64,000 nt of DNA from positions 14 to 64,013 of the forward strand of contig CAZMKD010000024.1 in the NCBI GenBank assembly GCA_964566575.1, written 5' to 3'. This DNA comes from an uncultured Verrucomicrobiota bacterium. GTDB lineage: Bacteria; Verrucomicrobiota; Verrucomicrobiia; Palsa-1439. Each line of letters opens with the position of its first letter. Position 1 is the first letter of the stretch. Below, piece after piece: positions 1 through 7,525 of this stretch. A program made the translations under genes and the position numbers. The notes under the pieces were generated by a model that was not told where the DNA came from, made no database searches, and saw only the letters and a list, made by a program, of their open reading frames with translations.

Positions 1-1
1 G

Positions 2-127
2 GAGCGCAATCGTGAACCACGGCGCTATGTGTGGCGAGCCGAAGGTGCCGCCATCCTTGAAAAGATCGTCCGCGCACGCGCTAAACTCGAAGAAATAAAA
101 CCAGACACTTCAAGGACAGCACACTAG
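2..127 (+). CDS. C-terminal fragment of an upstream ORF that runs off the window start (…RYVWRAEGAAILEKIVRARAKLEEIKPDTSRTAH*)
   Basis: Frame +2 is open from the window edge to a TAG at ~125; no start codon is visible; composition is ordinary. Confidence 0.25.
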   Translation, partial: ERNREPRRYVWRAEGAAILEKIVRARAKLEEIKPDTSRTAH

Positions 128-180
128 CCGGTCACGTTCATGGCACACGGCGCGTCACTGCCAGCGAGATCACGGCGACA

Positions 181-918
181 GTGAACAAGGCGTTCAACTC
201 ACAATCTACATTCACGCCGCACATCAATATGCGGACGGCAACACCGGCTCCAAAAGTTGACGGCACGAAGTTGCTGGCCGGTATCGTCGAGCGCGGCGCG
301 GACTTCACTGAGGCGGAACTTTGGGAGTCATCGCCCGTGCGGATTGACTGGACGCCCGAACAAGATGCCGTGGAGGTCTTGCGACGGTTGTATCAACCCA
401 CCGACCGGCTATTCATCGGCACGCGGTACGATACCGGCGTCGAGTACGTCTTGACTGTCGCGGACTGGTTGAAGCGTTTTGAACGCGGCGCGAAGTTACC
501 GGAACACATCATCCCGAACCCGTTGACCGGCGAACAAGGATTGACCAAAGAGGGTAAGCCGAGTTACCGCGCCGACGATTGCGTTGCTCAATTCCGATTC
601 GCGGTTGTCGAGTTTGACGAAATGCGCCGCGACCAGCAAATCCGTTTTTGGGCTGGCGTGAAACTTCCGGTTGTGGCGTTGCTCGACTCAGCGGGAAAGA
701 GCGTTCACGGCTGGATTAAAATTAACGCTGTTAATACTGCCGACTGGCAACGGCGCGTCGAGGGCAATCTGTTCGCCATGTTGACCGCCATCGGCGCGGA
801 CAAGGCTTGTAAGAACGAAGCGCGGTTGTCCCGGATGCCCGGCCACTACCGCACCGAAAAACAACGCTGGCAACGTGTGCTTTATCTCAACCCAACCGGA
901 GGCCAGGTCATTCCATGA
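181..918 (+). CDS. Primase-like (prim-pol / PriCT-like) replication protein of a mobile element
   Basis: 245-aa ORF whose stop overlaps the next start (ATGA); composition and neighbourhood (immediately upstream of a DUF3631-type NTPase) are typical of phage/island primase modules; assignment by resemblance only. Confidence 0.5.
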   Translation: MNKAFNSQSTFTPHINMRTATPAPKVDGTKLLAGIVERGADFTEAELWESSPVRIDWTPEQDAVEVLRRLYQPTDRLFIGTRYDTGVEYVLTVADWLKRFERGAKLPEHIIPNPLTGEQGLTKEGKPSYRADDCVAQFRFAVVEFDEMRRDQQIRFWAGVKLPVVALLDSAGKSVHGWIKINAVNTADWQRRVEGNLFAMLTAIGADKACKNEARLSRMPGHYRTEKQRWQRVLYLNPTGGQVIP

Positions 919-2420
919 AAACGATCACCGCCGAAGAGATGTTGAACGAGCAAGCCGCCGAAGTGGGCGCGGCAAGTCTGGACGCCTTCACTGAAACTTA
1001 CCAGCAACTCGCCAAGCTGCCGTTGGCTGAGTACGACCGCCAACGCAAGACTGAGGCGAAGCGGCTGGGGATTCGCACCGGTACGCTGGACGCCGAAGTT
1101 GCGCGTCGCCGAGAGACTACCGCCGATGCCAACATGCAAGGCCGAGCCGTCGAATTGGCGGACTTGGAATTGTGGCCGACGCCGGTGGACGGCGCAGAAG
1201 TGCTGGCGGAAATCGCCGAGACGATCACCAACTACGTTGTGCTGCCCGCTGGCGCTGCCGATGCAATCGCCGTCTGGGTGGCACACGCCCATGCCTGCGA
1301 CGCATTTCTACATACGCCTCGACTTAACATTCAGTCGCCGGAAAAACGCTGCGGTAAAACCACGTTGCGTGACGTGCTTGCCACGCTTGTTCGGCGTCCG
1401 CTGACGACCGAAAACCTCACCACCGCCGTTTTGTTCCGCCTGATTGAGAAATATCAACCGACCGTGCTGGCCGATGAATACAATGAGTGGCTGCATGAGA
1501 ACGATGAACTGCGCGGACTGCTGAACGCCGGCCACAAGCGCGGCGGGCGCGTGTACCGCTGTGAAGGTGACTCCAACGAGGTTCGCGGATTCAACGTCTT
1601 TGCCCCGGTTGTATTGGCTGGCATCGGTAACCTGCCGGGAACACTGCACGACCGCAGCATCGTCATCAAGCTGGTGCGTGCCAAGCCCGGCGAGGTCAAA
1701 GCCGGATTCGATTCGCGCCGGACACAAGCCGAGACGGAGCTTTGCCGGAAGCTGGCTCGCTGGTGTGCCGATAATGCCAAGCAAATCGAAACGACTGACC
1801 CGACCTTGCCCAACGGCGCATTCAACCGGCTGGCGGACAACTGGCGTCCGCTCTTTGCCATCGCCCAGGTTGCCGGCGGCGACTGGCCGCAACGTCTTGC
1901 CCGCGCCTTCGCGTTGCTCACGACGCAAGAGGATGCCGACGCGCATGGCATCGGCGCGATGTTACTGGCGGACATCCACGCCGCCTTCAAGGATGCTGCC
2001 GCGGACCGCATGTTCAGCAAGTCGCTGGTTGAATCTCTCGTTGCCATGTCTGACCGACCGTGGAGCGAGATTCGAGGTAAGACCCAAAAGCCGATCACCG
2101 AAAATTGGCTTGCTCATCGGCTGCGCGGCTTTGGTGTGTCACCGAAAACGCTACGCATCGGCACTGACCGCGCCAAAGGCTACGAGCTTCAAGACCTGAC
2201 CGAAGCCTTCGAGCGATACCTGCCGGAGCTTTCAGACCGTGACAGCGTGACAAGCCCGGTAAACATTGGTGCAACCTCGCACTCGCAAGCCGTGACATCG
2301 GCAAGTCCTGTCACGGTTCAAGACTCGCACGAAACCGTTGAAAACACCGCATTGTCACGGTGTCACGTTTCCAAAACCCCCGAACCGGAGATTGCCGCAA
2401 GTGACACGCTTCGATTCTGA
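915..2420 (+). CDS. DUF3631-family P-loop NTPase (C-terminal domain of phage/plasmid primase-helicase proteins)
   Basis: Walker A 'SPEKRCGKTT' and Walker B-like 'VLADE'; domain arrangement matches DUF3631 proteins of integrative elements; 4-nt start/stop overlap with the upstream primase-like ORF. Confidence 0.6.
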   Translation: MKTITAEEMLNEQAAEVGAASLDAFTETYQQLAKLPLAEYDRQRKTEAKRLGIRTGTLDAEVARRRETTADANMQGRAVELADLELWPTPVDGAEVLAEIAETITNYVVLPAGAADAIAVWVAHAHACDAFLHTPRLNIQSPEKRCGKTTLRDVLATLVRRPLTTENLTTAVLFRLIEKYQPTVLADEYNEWLHENDELRGLLNAGHKRGGRVYRCEGDSNEVRGFNVFAPVVLAGIGNLPGTLHDRSIVIKLVRAKPGEVKAGFDSRRTQAETELCRKLARWCADNAKQIETTDPTLPNGAFNRLADNWRPLFAIAQVAGGDWPQRLARAFALLTTQEDADAHGIGAMLLADIHAAFKDAAADRMFSKSLVESLVAMSDRPWSEIRGKTQKPITENWLAHRLRGFGVSPKTLRIGTDRAKGYELQDLTEAFERYLPELSDRDSVTSPVNIGATSHSQAVTSASPVTVQDSHETVENTALSRCHVSKTPEPEIAASDTLRF

Positions 2421-2652
2421 GACCTTGCTGGTCGAACTTCGTGCCGCAGGCGTCAGCTTGTGGATTGACGACGGCGACACCCTGGATGTCTGGCCGGCTT
2501 CGCGCCTGACCGCCGACCAAGTGGCCGCATTGAAGGCGCATAAGGCCGAGATCGTCGCCGCGCACCGCAAGCGGATGATTGACCTCTTGCCATCGGATGA
2601 AGTCTGTCGGGAGTGGCGGCGACGCTACGCTAACGCGGAGCAACGAGCATGA
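2401..2652 (+). CDS. Small protein with a TubC_N-like docking domain (LLVELRAAGVSLWIDDGDTLDVW…)
   Basis: GTG start at 2401 overlapping the end of the DUF3631 ORF; the motif resembles the TubC N-terminal docking domain found in phage and island proteins. Confidence 0.35.
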   Translation: MTRFDSETLLVELRAAGVSLWIDDGDTLDVWPASRLTADQVAALKAHKAEIVAAHRKRMIDLLPSDEVCREWRRRYANAEQRA

Positions 2653-2771
2653 CCGCGAGTTGATCTGCTTGCGCCCCTACCGGACGCGCCGGTTTCTTGT
2701 GATGAAGCTTCCGGCGGCTTGGGCGGTTTCTCAAGACTGTTGCTTCGAGCCGGATTTCGTGGAGCGATCTG

Positions 2772-3545
2772 CTACGGGAAACTCAACTTCTGCCCCAACA
2801 CTTTGCCTTTTAATTGCGTTAAGGCCATGTCCGTGCCTTGAGTGGTCACAGACAGACGTGTTCCAAGTGCTTCGCCAGTGCCAACCAAGCGCAACTTCGA
2901 CGTTTGCGTTGTCGCGTTATAGCTTCCAGTGACTTGGTAGCCCAATTCACGACTGTTGGACAGCGTTATTGTCCCGGTGCCCGTCAAAACGTTTCCCGAT
3001 GCCGTGAAGTCGATGTCCAACGACCAATCTCCGGTCATGCCGTCAGGCAACGGAAGCTCGACCTCACCATATTGCGTTAAGCATTTGTGACCGACGATAC
3101 AAACACGAGTTGAGATAGTTTCCAACACCGACAGCGTGGACGGCACGATAACTCCCGTTCCGCGCCCCTTGGCTGTACCGATGAATGAAACGCCGCCGGA
3201 TACGCCGCTTAAAGTGCCTTTCCATCCGCCCTTAAAACCAACGGTCGGAGGCTTAGAAAAAATGCGCCCTGATGTGTAACCCGTTCCTTCGATGTGATCG
3301 ACACCGTTATCGAAAACCTCTGATCGTACGCCGGTGATTCGCCCATTACTCTGCTGATGTGTGACCACAATTACAATGTCGTCCGTGTCCATACCGTTTG
3401 TATAGCTACCGCTTATGTCCCACAGAGGGAAGTCTGTGAACGGGTAGGTGAATTGACCACTGGACACTTGGGCAACGGCTGCACAAAAGCAGTGGAGCGA
3501 CAGGGTGACAAATCCGACAAGGGCAAGCGTGACTTTGCGTCTCAT
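2772..3545 (-). CDS. Secreted hypothetical protein (cargo)
   Basis: N-terminal signal peptide (MRRKVTLALVGFVTLSLHCFCAAVAQV), Gly/Thr-rich beta-type composition, no recognisable catalytic motif. Confidence 0.6.
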   Translation of the reverse strand: MRRKVTLALVGFVTLSLHCFCAAVAQVSSGQFTYPFTDFPLWDISGSYTNGMDTDDIVIVVTHQQSNGRITGVRSEVFDNGVDHIEGTGYTSGRIFSKPPTVGFKGGWKGTLSGVSGGVSFIGTAKGRGTGVIVPSTLSVLETISTRVCIVGHKCLTQYGEVELPLPDGMTGDWSLDIDFTASGNVLTGTGTITLSNSRELGYQVTGSYNATTQTSKLRLVGTGEALGTRLSVTTQGTDMALTQLKGKVLGQKLSFP

Positions 3546-3649
3546 AGTTCCTCCAACAACTTCGGGGTGACATGCCCAGTGTAAGTAATCGGTGTATCGA
3601 AAAGCAATAACGAAACTCTCATCTTTGGCTTTGTGACTGGTGCAACTCT

Positions 3650-4147
3650 TTAGGGTTTTGACGGCTCCGGTGTTGTCGTGAGATTGTTGTCTGTGGCGTC
3701 GGTAACCGCAGCCCCCTTGCCGTCCGCTACGTCCGCCGCCTGAATCGCCCGCAATGCCTCCCTTGCCTCCATCAACATCGCAGCCAGGTTGACTGTTACC
3801 GTCACGCCAGCCGGTACCTGGCCCATAAGTTCCAAGTGCTGCTGTGAGGCAATCTTTGAGGCAATGTAGGCTTGCATCGGTGACAGTTCGTGCGCTGTCT
3901 GCGCCGCTCGCTCTTGTGCCAATGCCGATAGCTCCAACGCCCGTTGTGCGATCAGCTTTTTTACCTGAGCGAAACCGTCCACGTCGCGGGTCAACAAGCG
4001 TCTGATCGTGGTGACATGGCAGCCCGCCATATCAGCGGTTTGCTGTAAGTCGCCTGTCTCCGCAAACGTCCGCAATGCTTTTGCTACGGCTAGCGGCTTT
4101 TGCTCCTCAATGCGTGGCCTTCTTGGTGGTTTCTTTTCTCCTGTCAT
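3650..4147 (-). CDS. HTH DNA-binding protein, possibly a small-terminase (TerS)-like or regulatory protein of the element
   Basis: HTH 'TADMAGCHVTTIRRLLT' near the N-terminus, ~165 aa, basic N-terminus; size and architecture resemble phage small terminase subunits (inference). Confidence 0.5.
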   Translation of the reverse strand: MTGEKKPPRRPRIEEQKPLAVAKALRTFAETGDLQQTADMAGCHVTTIRRLLTRDVDGFAQVKKLIAQRALELSALAQERAAQTAHELSPMQAYIASKIASQQHLELMGQVPAGVTVTVNLAAMLMEAREALRAIQAADVADGKGAAVTDATDNNLTTTPEPSKP

Positions 4148-4436
4148 GGTTCACTTCCTTTTTGGTTTTTTGCTTTTGATTTCGCGCGGTATCCGAACGG
4201 GACTCCTACGGGGTATGCCGCATCCTGCAACACCCTTCCCCCTACCTCACTGTTAGCCATCGCCAAAAACTTGCAACCCAAACTTGCAACCCGACAGTGA
4301 AAACCAAGAGCGCACTGGATAACGCGAGCAACACTTCAGCCTGAGACGCGAGCGACTCGCAAGCCTTGTCACACTAGGCTTTGATGCCAGCAGTTGCCGA
4401 CAGAGGACACGCGACACACTTTCGGGAAAATCCTCA

Positions 4437-4485
4437 TGGCGGAATTAGGAAACCGACGCTCTATCCATCTGAGCTACGGGAGCGC
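4437..4485 (-). pseudogene. tRNA-Arg(CCU)-like 5' fragment (acceptor strand, D-arm, anticodon loop) lacking the T-arm and 3' acceptor strand; probable att-site remnant
   Basis: Minus strand reads GCGCTCCCG-TAGCTCAGATGGATAGAGCG-TCGGTTTCCTAATTCCG: a canonical D-arm (GCTCAG-TGGATAGAGC) and a UUCCUAA loop with a CCU anticodon; no T-arm (GTTCGA) or matching 3' acceptor strand downstream. Confidence 0.45.
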
Positions 4486-4529
4486 AGCAACCTAATCTAT
4501 CTTAAGCCGGTAACGGCGCGAGCCAAAAG

Positions 4530-4826
4530 TTAGCTACTCCACACCATCGCGTCGTCCACCGGTAAGCTTTGCTCGACGGCCTGCGGACGCGGCTCCGGCT
4601 GCTGGCGACGCGGCGCGCTCAGGATTTGCACGGGCTGGCCGTTGGCTTGTTCCCGCTCCTTGGTGAAGATGTCGAGCAGACGCTCGACCGGGCCACTGGG
4701 ATTGCGGCGGCGGTTTTCGAGGTGCTTGACCTGTTTGACGGTGACGCCGAGCCAAGTGGCGAGTTGGGCTTGGGTGATTTGCGCGTGCGAGCGCAACTGA
4801 CGGATGTTCTCAGCGTTCCACTCCAT
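4530..4826 (-). CDS. XRE-family (Cro/C1-type) HTH transcriptional regulator
   Basis: 'ITQAQLATWLGVTVKQVKHLENRRRNP' is a classic HTH_XRE motif; 98 aa. Confidence 0.75.
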   Translation of the reverse strand: MEWNAENIRQLRSHAQITQAQLATWLGVTVKQVKHLENRRRNPSGPVERLLDIFTKEREQANGQPVQILSAPRRQQPEPRPQAVEQSLPVDDAMVWSS

Positions 4827-4900
4827 AGGATCCGGTGTACCGGGTTCCTCCTTGTGGTTATCTTTCTAGCAGAACGCCGCGCGAATTTCAAGCCCAAGAC

Positions 4901-4928
4901 TTGAGCGTGTGGCCGGTTGTGCTACGAT
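4901..4928 (+). promoter_or_regulatory. Candidate sigma70-type promoter upstream of hpf (TTGAGC -N16- TACGAT)
   Basis: -35/-10-like hexamers with a 16-nt spacer ~30 nt upstream of the hpf start; the RBS AGGGGAG lies 6 nt before the ATG. Confidence 0.25.
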
Positions 4929-4958
4929 GCAGTCGCCAACCAACGAGGGGAGATCGAC

Positions 4959-5282
4959 ATGGATATTCTGATTCAGGCGGATGGATTGACTCTCAGCAGC
5001 AACCTTAGAGATGCAGTCGAGCAGAAGATCGGCCGCGTCGAACAGTACGCGCCGCGCGCCCTCCGCGCCCGTGTCCGCATCCGCAAGTCCAGTGCGCGGG
5101 CCAATCAGGCGCAATACGTTGTGCGTGTGCTCATCGAATTGCCAGGGCGCGATCTCAGTGCCGAGCAGATCGGCCCGGAGCCGATGCAGGCGCTGGATAT
5201 TCTGGCCGAAAAAATCGAGCGTCGTCTCCGCCGCCGCAAGACCCGGCGGCTCGCCAGCCGTAAGACCCGCGTGCGCGGGTGA
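4959..5282 (+). CDS. hpf: Ribosome hibernation promoting factor (RaiA/HPF, S30AE family)
   Basis: 'MDILIQADGLTLSSNLRDAVEQKIGRVEQYA…' is typical of HPF/YfiA; strong RBS; basic C-terminal tail. Confidence 0.75.
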   Translation: MDILIQADGLTLSSNLRDAVEQKIGRVEQYAPRALRARVRIRKSSARANQAQYVVRVLIELPGRDLSAEQIGPEPMQALDILAEKIERRLRRRKTRRLASRKTRVRG

Positions 5283-5314
5283 CAGAGCCTACGGGCGTGT
5301 GGTAGGCTCACGTC

Positions 5315-5956
5315 GTGCACATCCGCAACGTGATTCTCGATTGGTCCGGCACGCTCGTGAACGACTTGCCGCCGGTCTTGGACACGACCAATCACGTGTT
5401 CGCAACCTTTGGTTTGCCGGCGTTGACGCTGGATGAATTCCGTCGCGAGTTCTGTCTGCCGATCCGCGCGTTTTATGAGCGACGGATTCCGCACGCGCCC
5501 CAAGCAAAGCTCGAAGAAGTGTTTCTGGCCCGGTTCCACGAAGTACAGGACCAGATCACACTCCTGCCGCAAGCGCTGGGGTTCCTGAAATATTGCCGGG
5601 GGGCCGGACTCGGCACCTACATTGCCAGCACGGTGGACGCGCACACCTATGAGTACCAGAGCAACCGCTTCGAGCTGACCGGCTGGATCACCAAGCCCTA
5701 TATCGGCATCGAGGACAAACGTCAGAAAATCCACCAGATCCTCGAGGAAAACCGGCTGACGCCGGCCGCAACACTATTTGTCGGCGACATGGAGCACGAC
5801 ATCGAGACCGGCAAGCACGGTGGCGTGCGCACGTGCGCGGTGTTGACCGGGTACAACCACGTCGAGAAGCTGGCGGCGATGCAGCCGGACGTGATCTGCG
5901 ACCATCTCGGTGAATTGCAGCAATGGATCGAATCACAATCAAAGACCTCGAAGTAA
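5315..5956 (+). CDS. HAD-superfamily hydrolase (phosphatase/phosphonatase-like)
   Basis: HAD motif I variant 'ILDWSGTL', motif IV-like 'GDMEHD'; 213 aa. Confidence 0.7.
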   Translation: MHIRNVILDWSGTLVNDLPPVLDTTNHVFATFGLPALTLDEFRREFCLPIRAFYERRIPHAPQAKLEEVFLARFHEVQDQITLLPQALGFLKYCRGAGLGTYIASTVDAHTYEYQSNRFELTGWITKPYIGIEDKRQKIHQILEENRLTPAATLFVGDMEHDIETGKHGGVRTCAVLTGYNHVEKLAAMQPDVICDHLGELQQWIESQSKTSK

Positions 5957-6270
5957 ACACGCAGATCGGCGTGACCGAGGCAGAGCGCGCACAGTTGCAG
6001 CGGCTACTGATCACCGTCGAAATGGAACGCGATCTCGCCGAAGCCGGTCGCACCGACATGGAATCCGCCACCGCGCCGTATGACGTCGTCGCCAATCTCA
6101 TCCAGCAAGTCGTCGCCGCGCGTCCGCGCAAACTGCTCGAAGCCGTCGCCGAAGAAATAGCCGATGCGATCCTGTCTCGCAGGCTGGCCGTGGCGGTAAC
6201 GGTCGAAGTGAAGAAGTTCAGCATTCCGCACTCCCAGTACGTGTGTGTCCAAATCCGCCGGACGCAATGA
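5923..6270 (+). CDS. folB: Dihydroneopterin aldolase
   Basis: 'IKDLEVNTQIGVTEAERAQLQRLLITVEM…' matches the FolB fold signature; ~115 aa. Confidence 0.75.
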   Translation: MDRITIKDLEVNTQIGVTEAERAQLQRLLITVEMERDLAEAGRTDMESATAPYDVVANLIQQVVAARPRKLLEAVAEEIADAILSRRLAVAVTVEVKKFSIPHSQYVCVQIRRTQ

Positions 6271-6947
6271 ATGCTCGGTATCCCATCGTGGTCTTGATCG
6301 CCGGGTGGCTGTGGCTAGGCGCTGCATTGGCCGACACGGTGCGCCTGAAGACCGGTGAGACCTTCGAAGGCACGATCCTGAGCGAAACGGACACCAAGGT
6401 CAGCATCGAGGTTGAATACGCCGCCGGGACGATTCTCTCGACGGAAACATTCAACAAGGGCGAGATCGACGAAATTATCCGGTCCACACCCGAACAACTG
6501 GCGCAGCGCGCCATGGAACGCGCCTACGCGAACACGCAGAAATACAAATTAGATTCCGCGCACAACTACACTCTCAACTACTACCAACTCGTCAGCGACC
6601 GTGTGTTGCGGCGTTTTCTTGCTGATTACCCGGACTCGCCTTACACGAATGCAGTCCAAGCCAAACTCAAAGAGTGGATCGCAGAACAAGGCAAGGTGGC
6701 CAGCGGTTTGCGCAAGTACCACGGCGTCTGGATACGGGCGGAAGAAGCCGCTCGACGGAATGCGGAAGCCCAGCCCCGATCGGCCATGGATCACGGCAGG
6801 GCGGCGGAAGCTGACTCGGCTGTCACCCCAGCCCAGAAAGACATCGTTGACGAAGTCGGGGAACTTCTCAGCCGATATTGGGTCATCGCGATCGTGGTGG
6901 TGGTGGCGATGCTGTGGCTGTGCGTGCACATCTTTACGCACGATTGA
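6267..6947 (+). CDS. Hypothetical secreted/membrane-anchored protein with a C-terminal TM helix
   Basis: N-terminal hydrophobic segment 'IVVLIAGWLWLGAALA', C-terminal TM 'YWVIAIVVVVAMLWLCV'. Confidence 0.55.
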   Translation: MNARYPIVVLIAGWLWLGAALADTVRLKTGETFEGTILSETDTKVSIEVEYAAGTILSTETFNKGEIDEIIRSTPEQLAQRAMERAYANTQKYKLDSAHNYTLNYYQLVSDRVLRRFLADYPDSPYTNAVQAKLKEWIAEQGKVASGLRKYHGVWIRAEEAARRNAEAQPRSAMDHGRAAEADSAVTPAQKDIVDEVGELLSRYWVIAIVVVVAMLWLCVHIFTHD

Positions 6948-6957
6948 TGCGCGTCCA

Positions 6958-7524
6958 TCAGCGCCAGTACTTGTACATATCGTCGGCATCGGTCTTCTCG
7001 AACGTCGGAAACCGCGTGTGTCCGGGATCGGTCGGCGCGATGCCGAGCCAGCGGTTTTCCACGGCTTGATACATCGCGATGGGCACGCGGTCCATCGGCA
7101 GGATCAGCTTCTGCCGGTCGTAATCCGACCACACCTTGGGGATGATCACGGACAAGCTGGTCATCACGGTGCACACAAGAATCGTGGCGGACATCGCGCC
7201 GAAAATCAGTCCGACAACGGCATCAATCACCCGTGGATACCGGGGTGTCGACTTTCGTTCCACGAGCGCCGTTAACACTATCAGCGGAGTCGCGCCGACC
7301 AGAAACATCACCCAGTATGCCCCGAAGGCTGCGTAGCCGTTCTGCCCGTTGAACCACGGGGAGAGCAACCGGGTGACCAACCACCAATACCGGAGCGCGA
7401 TCATCATGGCCAGAAACTGAAACACTGTGCTGGCCAGTTCGTAAAACGCGCCAAAATGCATCCCCAGCCGCGCGAACCCCAGGATGATCAAAAACGCCAA
7501 GACACTGATGACGATTTCCACCAT
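6958..7524 (-). CDS. cvpA: CvpA-family membrane protein (colicin V production protein homologue)
   Basis: Four-TM architecture and CvpA-like N-terminus (MVEIVISVLAFLIILGFARLG…). Confidence 0.7.
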   Translation of the reverse strand: MVEIVISVLAFLIILGFARLGMHFGAFYELASTVFQFLAMMIALRYWWLVTRLLSPWFNGQNGYAAFGAYWVMFLVGATPLIVLTALVERKSTPRYPRVIDAVVGLIFGAMSATILVCTVMTSLSVIIPKVWSDYDRQKLILPMDRVPIAMYQAVENRWLGIAPTDPGHTRFPTFEKTDADDMYKYWR

Positions 7525-7525
7525 A

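Larger units (their letters stand above)
1..4485. mobile_element. Putative degraded integrative/satellite-like element (replication module plus cargo) bounded on the right by a tRNA 5' fragment; left boundary and integrase lie outside the window
   Basis: Prim-pol-like ORF translationally coupled to a DUF3631-like P-loop ORF, a small docking-domain-like ORF, a secreted cargo ORF and an HTH ORF, ending at a tRNA-like D-arm/anticodon fragment. Confidence 0.4.

Noticed and set aside
2838-3080. Small plus-strand ORFs overlapping the secreted-protein gene
   Set aside because: Contained within a longer, better-supported minus-strand CDS
4437-4485. Possibility that this is an intact tRNA gene
   Set aside because: The anticodon stem pairs poorly and there is no T-arm or 3' acceptor strand within 150 nt, so it is called a fragment rather than a tRNA
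5105-5734. 209-aa minus-strand ORF overlapping hpf and the HAD gene
   Set aside because: Overlaps two well-supported plus-strand genes; composition is junk-like
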